Program-made: the position numbers and the translations under genes
Assembly: GCA_022825665.1 (NCBI GenBank)
Contig: JAJDWI010000091.1
Coordinates: 7,160 to 71,159, forward strand
DNA from: Candidatus Poribacteria bacterium
Lineage (GTDB): Bacteria > Poribacteria > WGA-4E > WGA-3G
Direction of reading: 5' to 3'
DNA length: 64,000 bases
Part shown: in pieces, positions 27,624-36,771 of the stretch
Layout: every line of letters begins with the position of its first letter
Numbering within the stretch: position 1 is the stretch's first letter
Notes under the pieces: generated by a model
Databases searched by the model: none
Told to the model about the DNA's origin: nothing
The model's input: only the letters and a program-made list of their open reading frames with translations

Positions 27624-30419
27624 CTATGACTCTGTATTTTCAAAACGGAGCACGCCTTGATGTTCTGTGCCAACATAAAAGGTATCTCCATCAACAACAA
27701 GAGAAGTGATCGAATCAGGTATTTCAGGTACAATTTGTTTCCATGTTCCTGCTGTTTGATCCAAAGTATATATTCCTTCATCGTTTGCACCATACACAGA
27801 AAACGTCTCTGTAACTAACGACTTGATAATTACACGCTCACCGTTTTCATTAGTAATAACCTTCCAATTGGCACCGTCAATAGAACTAAGGACACCTTCG
27901 TCGGTTGCAACATAAACTGTTGAACCTGCAAACATTATTTGGTAATAACGTTCAACAGACAACGGAAGATTTGAAGTCACATCAATCCAACTATCACCTC
28001 CATTTGATGATAGAAAGAGTTGTCCATCACGTTTACCAACGTATACTGTCTTATCCAAAACAGCGAGTTTAAACCCGTGGGACAGGTTGTCATTTGTGAG
28101 TTCACCAGTTTCTTCAACACCAGTATCAATCCACCATGTATCACCTGGTTCCCATCGGTAAAGCTTATAATTGTATTCCATAAAGACAGTTTCACCACTG
28201 ACAGCGAAGTTCCCATATAAGCCTTCCAACATTAATTCATAAGCCAGTTGATAATTATCATCAATGTTTTCTAACCGCTTTAAGAAGCATTTTGCTCCAA
28301 ATTTTGGATCATCCAAAATCTCCTGTTTTGTTAATTCATCAGGTTCACTCCACGGATGGGTAGAGGAGGTGAATAACAAATCTTGTCCTGGATACCTATC
28401 ACTTTCAAAGGGGAAAGTAGTATTTCCAAATACATGCCACATTAATGTTCCTGTATCTAATGAAGGAATCATTTTATCATCTGGGATAAAGCCATCAAGA
28501 GGAAGGAAATATGGTTCATCGGGAGCAATGCGATAAAATCCTGTTTCATTATTTCGTCGAATGACCTTGGCATATAGATATCCATCATTTTGGGATATTT
28601 CCACAATCTTCGGTGTATATTCTCTAAATTTTGTTTTTACACCTAAGTCTGGAATTGTCTCAGTTCCCCTCTCTAAGAAAATTTCGACAGATTCCCACGA
28701 ATCACCATTGTCAATTGATTTGACTAAACTCCCCGCAACCAATGCATACAGTATCGTCTGTTGCTGGGGAACATTATCTGTCTTTAGACTAATTAGATTA
28801 TCCACACGACATTCAAACCTTGTATTGAATCTATGCCATGTTTTGCCACCATCTGTAGAACGATGAATGCCAGTAATTCCGCCCGTATAGAATGTGTTTT
28901 TATCCACAGCTGCCGAACACCTAACACTGAACTGAATAGGTGTGATACCGGACGACTCTTCGGTTTCCCAATTATCCCCAGAATCAATGGTCCGAGAGAC
29001 AACACCCTCTTCACCACCTATTAGTAACAGTGTGTTTCCAGAACCAAGTAGTTTTATTTCTGGAAGAGTTTTCATTCTCTCACGAACATCTGTTGGCGTA
29101 ATATCGTTCCATGAATTACCTTTATCTGTAGAGCAAAGTACCCACCAAGATTGTCTTCCTTCCTTTCCTAACTCAAGATAATTCTCAGAAGGTGTTCCGT
29201 TACCTTCCAAGATATTTACTGCGACTGCAACAAACATCTTGTTATCCATTTCTACTAAAGAGCAAACATTTACAGTAGCGTCAACTGGTAACTGAAGATG
29301 TTCCCACTTATTCTCATGACATCGGTATACACCCATAGATGTTCCAACAAAGAGCGTGTCTTCACATATTCTCAACGATTTGATTCCAGCTTTTTCTTTC
29401 AAAGTGCTTTCCAATCCATCGTTCATCTTTATCCATGATTTGCCATTATCACTGGATCGAAAAATACCTTCATTCAGTGTTAAGTAGAAAGTGTCATCTG
29501 TAACGAGTAATTCCTTTACATGTCCTTTTGGACAAGGACCAGTTGAATTCCATGTTTTACCATCGTCAGTTGATGCATACAATTCATCGGACGGGATTAT
29601 ATACAGTTTGCCATCATTTTCAGCAATTGGTATATCACCGGTAGTTTCTTGATCCAAAATGTCAGTATTCACAAGTTGCCAAAAATTATCACCAGCAGGT
29701 AATTTGTAAATGTTCTTGTATCCCACCACTGCATAGAGTGCCTTCGTAGAAGTGACTGAGAGTGTACCCACTGAAGCCACTACACCAGGCTCATTCATTT
29801 GTATCCACTGCATAATATCCTCCGTCATATTGTCTGGTAATTCAAATCCGCTTAATGTTTCGCGCACCATCAATTCTTCTTCCTTCAATCGATTTCTTGC
29901 TCGATGAAGTCGACTTTTTATTGTATTCAATGTAGTTCCCAAAAACTCACTTATTTCTTTACAAGGCATCCCACCCAGATAGTGAAGCGTTATGACAGTT
30001 TGTTCATTCTCAGGCAATTTATTGAGTAGTTTTTTTACAACCTCATGCCGATTTTCATTGGATAACTCCTCACGTTCATTTTCAAGATAATGTCTATAGA
30101 AAACTCTTTCTGCTTCAGCTTCAGGTAATGCCTCAAGCGATTCCATTGGTATATGTGTTTTCCTAAAATTCATATAACAACAATTCTTAGCAATTGTATG
30201 TAACCATCCAGCAAAACGGTTTGGATCCCTTAATGTATATAGTTTTTGATAGACATTTAGGAAGGTATCCTGTGTTATTTCTTCAGCAAGATGAAAGTCA
30301 CCTAACTCACGCCATACGAATGCATGCACCTGCTTTTGATATTTTCTCACTAAAGTAGTGAAAGCATCTTGATCACCACTCAGGATTTGTTCAATAAGTG
30401 TTACATCGTTACTATTCAT
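27624..30419 (-). CDS. ECF (group 4) sigma factor fused to a large BNR/Sortilin-type beta-propeller region
   Basis: GAGGAG RBS. The N-terminal ~190 aa carry sigma region 2 (AFTTLVRKYQKQVHAFVWRELGDFHLAEEITQDTF) and region 4 (QTVITLHYLGGMPCKEISEFLGTTLNTIKSRLHRARNRL). About 730 aa follow with repeated D-G-G/x-x-W motifs (DDGKTWN, DNGKSWI, DKGNSWN, DSGDNWE, DGGKTWH, DNGDSWE, NGGDSWI). No clear TM helix separates the two parts. Confidence 0.75.
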   Translation of the reverse strand: MNSNDVTLIEQILSGDQDAFTTLVRKYQKQVHAFVWRELGDFHLAEEITQDTFLNVYQKLYTLRDPNRFAGWLHTIAKNCCYMNFRKTHIPMESLEALPEAEAERVFYRHYLENEREELSNENRHEVVKKLLNKLPENEQTVITLHYLGGMPCKEISEFLGTTLNTIKSRLHRARNRLKEEELMVRETLSGFELPDNMTEDIMQWIQMNEPGVVASVGTLSVTSTKALYAVVGYKNIYKLPAGDNFWQLVNTDILDQETTGDIPIAENDGKLYIIPSDELYASTDDGKTWNSTGPCPKGHVKELLVTDDTFYLTLNEGIFRSSDNGKSWIKMNDGLESTLKEKAGIKSLRICEDTLFVGTSMGVYRCHENKWEHLQLPVDATVNVCSLVEMDNKMFVAVAVNILEGNGTPSENYLELGKEGRQSWWVLCSTDKGNSWNDITPTDVRERMKTLPEIKLLGSGNTLLLIGGEEGVVSRTIDSGDNWETEESSGITPIQFSVRCSAAVDKNTFYTGGITGIHRSTDGGKTWHRFNTRFECRVDNLISLKTDNVPQQQTILYALVAGSLVKSIDNGDSWESVEIFLERGTETIPDLGVKTKFREYTPKIVEISQNDGYLYAKVIRRNNETGFYRIAPDEPYFLPLDGFIPDDKMIPSLDTGTLMWHVFGNTTFPFESDRYPGQDLLFTSSTHPWSEPDELTKQEILDDPKFGAKCFLKRLENIDDNYQLAYELMLEGLYGNFAVSGETVFMEYNYKLYRWEPGDTWWIDTGVEETGELTNDNLSHGFKLAVLDKTVYVGKRDGQLFLSSNGGDSWIDVTSNLPLSVERYYQIMFAGSTVYVATDEGVLSSIDGANWKVITNENGERVIIKSLVTETFSVYGANDEGIYTLDQTAGTWKQIVPEIPDSITSLVVDGDTFYVGTEHQGVLRFENTES

Positions 30420-30614
30420 TAGTTTCTCCTCTATGAAATTCCCTTATGACAACATGATGCATTCAAAGTGCAAAAGGTTGCATAAAATGTATTTTTCTGT
30501 AATTTTTTTATACTCTCGGAAAATTTGAGATAAAGAAATGTGGAAGTATAGTAATAACGACAGGAATGAAACTACATTATGGAATATCTAAAGGTGATGA
30601 CAAAATACTAAATA

Positions 30615-31235
30615 TCATAACGAGTGATATAAAGATTGTGCTTGTTCATAATCCTCTGGTGTGTTGATGTTGAAAAACGAATGTCCTTCAGAATCATAAT
30701 TTTTCCAGACATCTGGAGACAGACACAGAACATTCGCCCGTTCTTGTAGTGCGTGAACGCGTAATTCATCTTCATTCAACATCAATTCAATAATAGGTAG
30801 GCAACGTTTTGAATAGACTGCACATAGTGTTTGCAGGGTTAACTGAGTTTTATCAGGATTTGATGTGCTTTTGTTATTTGTATAGGGCATTACGGCATCG
30901 TATTCACCTAATATAGAGACAAGATAGGAGATCAATTTTCCTTGTAGAAATGGAATATCGCAACCTACGCAAAATGACACTTCATTTTTGGCATGAGTCA
31001 ATCCCGTATATATACCCCCTAATGTACCGCAATTTGGAACTATATCACTATGCATTGGTATATTAAGATGAGCATATTCGTCAGGACTATTGGTAATCAG
31101 TAATTGTTCCGTAGTAACAGGGAGTATTCTTTGGAGCACATGCTCGATTAGAGTATCATCTCCGAGACGCATCAATGCTTTATTTTGTCTCATCCGACGA
31201 CTTTTTCCTCCTGCTAAAATTACTCCTGTTACCAT
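30615..31235 (-). CDS. mobA: MobA-like nucleotidyltransferase (molybdenum cofactor guanylyltransferase family)
   Basis: GVILAGGKSRRM is the N-terminal motif. GPLGGI-like GTLGGIYTG and VGCDIPF are present. The ATG overlaps the sulfatase stop by 7 nt. Confidence 0.7.
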   Translation of the reverse strand: MVTGVILAGGKSRRMRQNKALMRLGDDTLIEHVLQRILPVTTEQLLITNSPDEYAHLNIPMHSDIVPNCGTLGGIYTGLTHAKNEVSFCVGCDIPFLQGKLISYLVSILGEYDAVMPYTNNKSTSNPDKTQLTLQTLCAVYSKRCLPIIELMLNEDELRVHALQERANVLCLSPDVWKNYDSEGHSFFNINTPEDYEQAQSLYHSL

Positions 31236-32632
31236 ATTATTGATTCTTTATTCCTCTCTACAAGTCTTGGACCGTATCGACTTTCCATTAATTTTCGTAG
31301 TTCCTCAACGAGTTCTTGTTCAGTTTCTGCGATATTATTCAATTCGTCAGGATCTTCTTCAAGGTTATACAATTCAACGAAACCGTCGTTACTTTCAATA
31401 AGTTTATGGGTGTGTGTCCGTATACAAGTGAAGTTTACCAGTTTACTGACGGTCTCTGAACGATGTGTTTCTGTTTCACCCCGCAGCACAGGTACGATAG
31501 AACGTCCATCTATATTATCTAACACAGGCACACCTGCCATATCACAAATAGTCGGATTTATATCGATTAGTTCAACTAATTCATTACACGTACGGTTCCC
31601 ATCAATACCCGGACCCGCTACAATTAGCGGAACACGTAGTGATGCTTCATACGCGATGCTTTTTGTATAACATCCATGATCACCTAACATCTCACCGTGG
31701 TCGCTTGAGTAGATGATATATGTATTCTCAAGCATACCGCGTTCTTCCAAAGCAGACAACATATTGCCAATCTGATTGTCAATTAGTTCTGTTGCAGCAC
31801 AGTACTGTTGTCGAGTGACTTTAACTTCTTCAGGACTAAGATTAACTCTTCGTTTTTTTACCCACTCTGGCTTTCCTTCCATGTCATCTGTGATAGGTTC
31901 AGGCATGTCAGCGTCACGATACTTGTCTCCATATTCTGTGGGAGGGTCGAACGGATCGTGTGGTCCAACAAAACTGACAAACATGTGCCATGGGAAGTCA
32001 TCAGGTATATTTTCAATAAATTCGGTCGCGCGCCTACCAATATATGAGTCCTCAAAATCCTCTGTTGGTAGTACTGAATCATACGATCCGTTCTTTATCC
32101 ATCCCCCTGATGAACTTCTATTACGGTAATCTCTATGGAATTTCTCTAATAGCCCTTTTTCATGAAGATAGTTTGTATAAGGTCCAATTGGCGTTGGAGA
32201 TCTCCCCGCATGCATCTTTCCTTCACATTCTTCTGGATGTGTGAATCCCCAACTGTACGCACGAGGTCTATCGCCATATCTGCCATTATAGCCAATCGGT
32301 TTTGCGAGATCCAATTTGCCTACACAACCTACACGGTAACCGTGATCCCGTAGTTGCTGATAATATGTAGGTATGGTGGATGGCAGAAAACTTCCATTAC
32401 TCAAAGAACCCAAGCGCGATGGTTGTATGCCTGATGCTAAACCGATCCGAGACGGAGCACAGACAGGGGCATTGACAGTACAGATCGGAAAATTCACTCC
32501 CATTTCTGCTAATCTACGCATATTAGGTGTGTTGAGTGCATCAGGTGCATTTTCATGTGTTTCCACATAATCGTACCGATGTTGATCAGACATTATAAAA
32601 AGAACATTTGGTTTGTCAGTTTTTCTATTCAT
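31229..32632 (-). CDS. Cys-type arylsulfatase-family sulfatase
   Basis: NVLFIMSDQHR, the formylglycine motif CAPSR (VCAPSRIGLASG), and SDHGEMLGDHG are present. No signal peptide is evident. Confidence 0.85.
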   Translation of the reverse strand: MNRKTDKPNVLFIMSDQHRYDYVETHENAPDALNTPNMRRLAEMGVNFPICTVNAPVCAPSRIGLASGIQPSRLGSLSNGSFLPSTIPTYYQQLRDHGYRVGCVGKLDLAKPIGYNGRYGDRPRAYSWGFTHPEECEGKMHAGRSPTPIGPYTNYLHEKGLLEKFHRDYRNRSSSGGWIKNGSYDSVLPTEDFEDSYIGRRATEFIENIPDDFPWHMFVSFVGPHDPFDPPTEYGDKYRDADMPEPITDDMEGKPEWVKKRRVNLSPEEVKVTRQQYCAATELIDNQIGNMLSALEERGMLENTYIIYSSDHGEMLGDHGCYTKSIAYEASLRVPLIVAGPGIDGNRTCNELVELIDINPTICDMAGVPVLDNIDGRSIVPVLRGETETHRSETVSKLVNFTCIRTHTHKLIESNDGFVELYNLEEDPDELNNIAETEQELVEELRKLMESRYGPRLVERNKESIIW

Positions 32633-32641
32633 ATTTCCTCT

Positions 32642-34003
32642 TTAGTTTTCGCGATCTTGGGGTGATGGATTGTTAAGTTTTTGAATTTGCTGTTCAACAA
32701 ATTTTTTGAGATTGTTATTCTTCTGTTGGTTTGCTAATTTCAAGGCAGTATGGAAGTCCGATATTGCTTCATCAATACGTTTTAATTCTATATTTGCCAT
32801 TCCTCGGTGTGCATAAGCTTCAGCGTAATCAGGCTTTAGACGAATTGCGTCAGTGGAATCTACAAGAGCATCATCAAATTGACCAAGTAAACCCCTTAAA
32901 TTTGCTCTACTATTATAGACATGAGGGTAATCTGGATTTATGCGTATGGCATTTCCAAAATCTACGAGGGCATCTTTGTACTTTTGAAGTTCTTGTTTTG
33001 AAATGCCTCTGTAATTGTATGCTTCAACACAATCCGGTTTTAACTCAATTACTTTGTCATAATCAGGTATCGCTATATCATGCTTACCGAGTAAAGTTTT
33101 GGCAAGCGCGCGAAGGTAATAAACTTCAGCAGAACTATGTCCATTTATAATCGCATTATCAAAATCAGTAATTGCTTCTCGGTATTTACCGAGTTGACAC
33201 TTTGCACGCCCTCTATTGTTATGAGCGTTAACATTATTTGGATCCAACTCAATTGCTTTATCAAGGTCAGCAATTGCAGCCTTATATTGTCCACAATTAC
33301 CCTTCGCAGCCCCGCGATTAAGATATAATTGTCCAGAATCAGGATTTAACTTGATCGCTTCATCAAAGAGAACAATTGCCTTTTCAGATTGACCAAGTTT
33401 CCCTTTCGCAGTGCCTAGATTGTAGAAAGCTTCCCAACATGTAGGTTTCAATTCAGTTGCGATGCAATAAGAAGATAGAGACTTTTCCTTTTTATTACCT
33501 TGCCAAAGAAGATAACCGATAGCAAGAAAGGCATACGCAGCGATTTCATCTTCTGTTTCTGTTTTAATTACTTCTTCCTCTGCCAACTTTGCGAATTGTT
33601 CTGTCAGTTTTGGAACATAAGTTTCTTCGTAGTCGTTAATTAGGCGAATAACCAATTCCATTAACGGAGCCAACAGATGATTCTTGTTGTTACCAACAGA
33701 ATAGATTAATTCTTCAAGGACGAGATCAAGCCACTCATACTCGTCTTCTGTCAAATTGATGATACCATAATGTCCGTGTCGGTTTCCAAAATCGATTAAT
33801 CCGTCCAACACCTCTTCTAACCATTGATAAGCACTATCAGGATATGTTATAGATACAACTCGGGTGGTACGGTGAATATCTACCGGTTCAGAAATTGTGA
33901 ACAATTGAGAACTATTGGGAATCACCCCGGATAACACGGGATCATATCTTATATCCTTTAGCATTGATGTTGTATTGAACGTAGATTGTGTTTCCATCAA
34001 CAT
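32642..34003 (-). CDS. HigA-N-terminal-like region fused to a ~9-repeat TPR array (candidate non-canonical antitoxin)
   Basis: The gene starts 3 nt after the higB stop. Residues ~83-135 (INLTEDEYEWLDLVLEELIYSVGNNKNHLLAPLMELVIRLINDYEETYVPKL) resemble the helical N-terminal part of HigA/COG5499 antitoxins. Residues ~185-440 are tandem 34-aa TPR units (AFYNLGTAKGKLGQSEKAIVLFDEAIKLNPD etc.). No HTH is recognisable. Confidence 0.5.
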   Translation of the reverse strand: MLMETQSTFNTTSMLKDIRYDPVLSGVIPNSSQLFTISEPVDIHRTTRVVSITYPDSAYQWLEEVLDGLIDFGNRHGHYGIINLTEDEYEWLDLVLEELIYSVGNNKNHLLAPLMELVIRLINDYEETYVPKLTEQFAKLAEEEVIKTETEDEIAAYAFLAIGYLLWQGNKKEKSLSSYCIATELKPTCWEAFYNLGTAKGKLGQSEKAIVLFDEAIKLNPDSGQLYLNRGAAKGNCGQYKAAIADLDKAIELDPNNVNAHNNRGRAKCQLGKYREAITDFDNAIINGHSSAEVYYLRALAKTLLGKHDIAIPDYDKVIELKPDCVEAYNYRGISKQELQKYKDALVDFGNAIRINPDYPHVYNSRANLRGLLGQFDDALVDSTDAIRLKPDYAEAYAHRGMANIELKRIDEAISDFHTALKLANQQKNNNLKKFVEQQIQKLNNPSPQDREN

Positions 34004-34006
34004 AAT

Positions 34007-34330
34007 TTACCTCTTCCAGTTACCTCTATCATATTCTTCGTGCGTGAGTACGTGCATAATAGAGACTTGCTGATTTTTGTAATTAATGAATGCTATAAGG
34101 CGTACATTCCTACCAATGTTAAAAACAGTCAAAGTTGTTCGTTCTCCTTGATGAGAAAACTTTCCTGTCCTTCCTGGAACCGGATCTGCTTGTGGAAATG
34201 TATTACGCAAATCAGTGATAGATTTGAAGGTGCTTTCTTCCATCAACTCATACCATTGTTGAAGTCTTTGTCTTGCAGTTGAATGTTTTTTTGCAAATTT
34301 ATCCAGTTTTCTTCGTCCAGTGATCTGCAT
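34007..34330 (-). CDS. higB: Type II toxin, HigB family (RelE-fold mRNA interferase, COG4680/PF09907-like)
   Basis: The protein is 107 aa. N-terminal RRKLDKFAKKH..ARQRLQQWYELME and C-terminal VFNIGRNVRLIAFINYKNQQVSIMHVLTHEEYDRGNW match the family pattern ending in THxEYD. Confidence 0.8.
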   Translation of the reverse strand: MQITGRRKLDKFAKKHSTARQRLQQWYELMEESTFKSITDLRNTFPQADPVPGRTGKFSHQGERTTLTVFNIGRNVRLIAFINYKNQQVSIMHVLTHEEYDRGNWKR

Positions 34331-34386
34331 TAGTTATTTTGAGTTGTAACCTTTTTATTTGTAAATGTGGCGTTTTTTAGGAAATT

Positions 34387-34416
34387 ATTATATCATACTA
34401 AGACCTGAGTTGTCAA
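34387..34416 (-). promoter_or_regulatory. Consensus sigma70-type promoter for the higB operon
   Basis: On the minus strand: TTGACA (34416-34411), an 18-nt spacer, then TATAAT (34392-34387). It lies ~55 nt upstream of the higB ATG. Confidence 0.55.
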
Positions 34417-34601
34417 AACTGGAATAGTGGTAACAGAGTGATTTAACTCTATGAAATTATGCTTGACGTGGCAAGCGAAATTCTACATAATGGAGGAGTG
34501 TTGTACGACTTCGGATATTTGAAAACTGTTGGATGGAGTTTTTTATCATTCATTTAAGATATTAAGAATCAAAGGAATCTAATTACCATAAGTCTAATAA
34601 T

Positions 34602-35711
34602 GTGAAAAGACGCAAAATACTTATCCTCTGTATTGATGCTGGGGGACACGATTACCTTACTGCAAGTGAAATCCCTAATATTCGTAAGCTGGCAAAATCT
34701 GGATTTTATCAGCATGGAAATGCTATCATACCTTCAGTAACAAATGTGAATAACGTCAGTATTGCAACTGGCACGTTCCCTGTAGTGCACGGCATTACCT
34801 CAAATTACTTTGTTGATAGGAAAACTGGGCGGGGACAGTATATAGAGGATGACAGATTTCTCCTTACTCCAACACTATTTGATGTGGCAAAGAGTTCAAA
34901 GTTTGCTAATAAAACTGCCTTATTCGTGACTAAGAAAAAATTGTTACGAATGTTAGAAAGTAGCACTGATATTGCAGTTGCAGCAGAAGATCCTCCGCCT
35001 GAATTTATTGATGCAGTCGGGGGTGTACAACCTATCTATTCTATAGAGATAAACTTCTGGTTACTCGAGGCAGTTCGTTGGACTTTAAGGAAGTATGATC
35101 CGGAGATCGTTTATTGTTCTACAACGGATTGGGTGCAACACAAGTATGCACCTGATGCTGAATTATCTCAAGAACACATGGCGGAACTTGACCGAATAAT
35201 TGGTGGGATTGTAGATGATGATCCTGAACGTGAGATATATATCACTGCAGACCACGGTATGTTGGATAAATCACTTGCCCTTGACCCAGGACGAGTATTA
35301 TCTCAACACGGTGTATCTGCAAATTCCATACCTATTATAAAAGATAAATATGTGGAGCACCACGGCAATTTAGGAGGTGCTGCGTATGTCTTTCTTGACA
35401 AGAGAGAGGACCTTGAATCTGCTATTGAGAATCTTTTATCTACGGAGGGTATAGAGGAGGTATATGCTGCAGAAGATGCAGCACGTCTTTTCCAACTTCA
35501 TCCTGATAGAATTGGTGATATATTTTTATTGGCGGACAAAAACACTGTTTTTGGTGTGTTAGATGTGGCTTCTGAACCTGTTTCGGTTCGTTCACACGGT
35601 TCGCGTCACGAAAGTTATGTGCCAATTATTGGGTATAATAACCCATGGTTGGCTTCTGATTATGAATATAACCTTGATGTGGGAAGACATATTATCAATA
35701 GTTTGCAATAG
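34602..35711 (+). CDS. Alkaline-phosphatase-superfamily hydrolase (nucleotide pyrophosphatase / phosphonoacetate hydrolase-like)
   Basis: GTG start. ILCIDAGGHDYL, the nucleophile region PSVTNVNNVSIATGTFPVVHGITSNYF, and TADHGM are present. A TTGACG-17-CATAAT promoter lies at 34463-34491. Confidence 0.6.
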   Translation: MKRRKILILCIDAGGHDYLTASEIPNIRKLAKSGFYQHGNAIIPSVTNVNNVSIATGTFPVVHGITSNYFVDRKTGRGQYIEDDRFLLTPTLFDVAKSSKFANKTALFVTKKKLLRMLESSTDIAVAAEDPPPEFIDAVGGVQPIYSIEINFWLLEAVRWTLRKYDPEIVYCSTTDWVQHKYAPDAELSQEHMAELDRIIGGIVDDDPEREIYITADHGMLDKSLALDPGRVLSQHGVSANSIPIIKDKYVEHHGNLGGAAYVFLDKREDLESAIENLLSTEGIEEVYAAEDAARLFQLHPDRIGDIFLLADKNTVFGVLDVASEPVSVRSHGSRHESYVPIIGYNNPWLASDYEYNLDVGRHIINSLQ

Positions 35712-35795
35712 ATTGAATTATAGTTCATTCCGTAAATGTGAATTATCGTATTAAACTAACTCAAACATAAACTACAATTTGAGAGAGGAAATATA

Positions 35796-36398
35796 ATGGC
35801 AACAGAACAGAATAATGGTTGGAAATCCCTATTTGATGGTGAAACATTAAAAGGTTGGGGAGCCACAGGCAATGATGAGGGATGGGTTGTTGATGATGGA
35901 GCTATTCTCTGCACAGTTAAAGGGGGTCAGATGCTCTATTCAGAAGAACAATTTGACAACTTTATTTTATCGTTAGAGTATATGAGTGAACCGAAAGTAA
36001 ATAGCGGTGTCTTTATTCGGTGGGCAGATTTACAACGACCCGTGCAGACTGGAATAGAGATTCAGATTTTGGATACACATGGAAAAGAACCTGCTACAAA
36101 ACACTGTTGTGGTGCTTTCTACGATGCAAAAGAACCTACACGAAATGTATGTAAACCTGCAGGTGAATGGAATGAGATGATTATAACCTGTGATGATAGC
36201 ATACTTGTTGTAGAAATGAATGGTGAAGAAATTGTTCGCGCAGATTTAGATGATTGGGACACACCGCACAAGAATCCTGATGGAAGCAGAAATAAATTTG
36301 GTACTGCTCTCAAGGATTTTCCGCGTAAGGGTCATATCGGTCTACAAGACCATGGCGGAAAACTTTGGTTTCGGAATATTAAAGTAAAAACATTGTAA
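35796..36398 (+). CDS. DUF1080 (3-keto-disaccharide hydrolase-like) domain protein
   Basis: GWKSLFDGETLKGW ... WVVDDGAILC ... FDNFILSLEY ... NSGVFIR ... EIQILD ... GHIGLQDHGGKLWFRNIKV is the typical DUF1080 pattern. No signal peptide is evident. Confidence 0.75.
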   Translation: MATEQNNGWKSLFDGETLKGWGATGNDEGWVVDDGAILCTVKGGQMLYSEEQFDNFILSLEYMSEPKVNSGVFIRWADLQRPVQTGIEIQILDTHGKEPATKHCCGAFYDAKEPTRNVCKPAGEWNEMIITCDDSILVVEMNGEEIVRADLDDWDTPHKNPDGSRNKFGTALKDFPRKGHIGLQDHGGKLWFRNIKVKTL

Positions 36399-36464
36399 GG
36401 CTAATATTTTTAGTTTCCCACTGCAATGGTGTGTAAAGAAATTAGCCTGCTTTCTATTAGATTC

Positions 36465-36574
36465 GCGGAATGCACAGAAAATCCATAATCACATAGGAAA
36501 CTACAGTTTTATGTGATTATCAAATGTTAGTGTGTGGACAAGATAGTGTTTTTCTGTGTCTTCCGCATTTTTTA
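36465..36574 (+). other. Nested inverted-repeat element followed by a T tract (long-stem terminator or small structured RNA)
   Basis: Outer arms are GCGGAATGCACAGAAAA (36465-36481) and TTTTCTGTGTCTTCCGC (36550-36566). An inner perfect 11-bp hairpin pairs ATAATCACATA (36485-36495) with TATGTGATTAT (36510-36520). TTTTTT follows at 36568-36573. Confidence 0.45.
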
Positions 36575-36771
36575 TGTCTACGCAGAATTCTAACTAATAT
36601 TCATTCTGTTGATTTTAAATTCTTGATCAGAAACACACATTTACTATAAGAAAACATTTCATTTTTAATAAACTATTATTAGGAAATTGTTTGTCATATC
36701 GTAATAAAGTTTTTTAATCAGTCACAAATAATTATCATATTCTCATAATTTATACATAATAGGAGATTACC

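Noticed and set aside
28020-29181. Series of 60-100 aa plus-strand ORFs inside the ECF-BNR gene, with similar antisense ORFs inside the sulfatase (31410-32570), RND pump, SelB, TBDR and other large genes
   Set aside because: They are antisense shadows of long, well-supported genes. They lack recognisable motifs and RBSs, and their composition is typical of reverse-frame translation.
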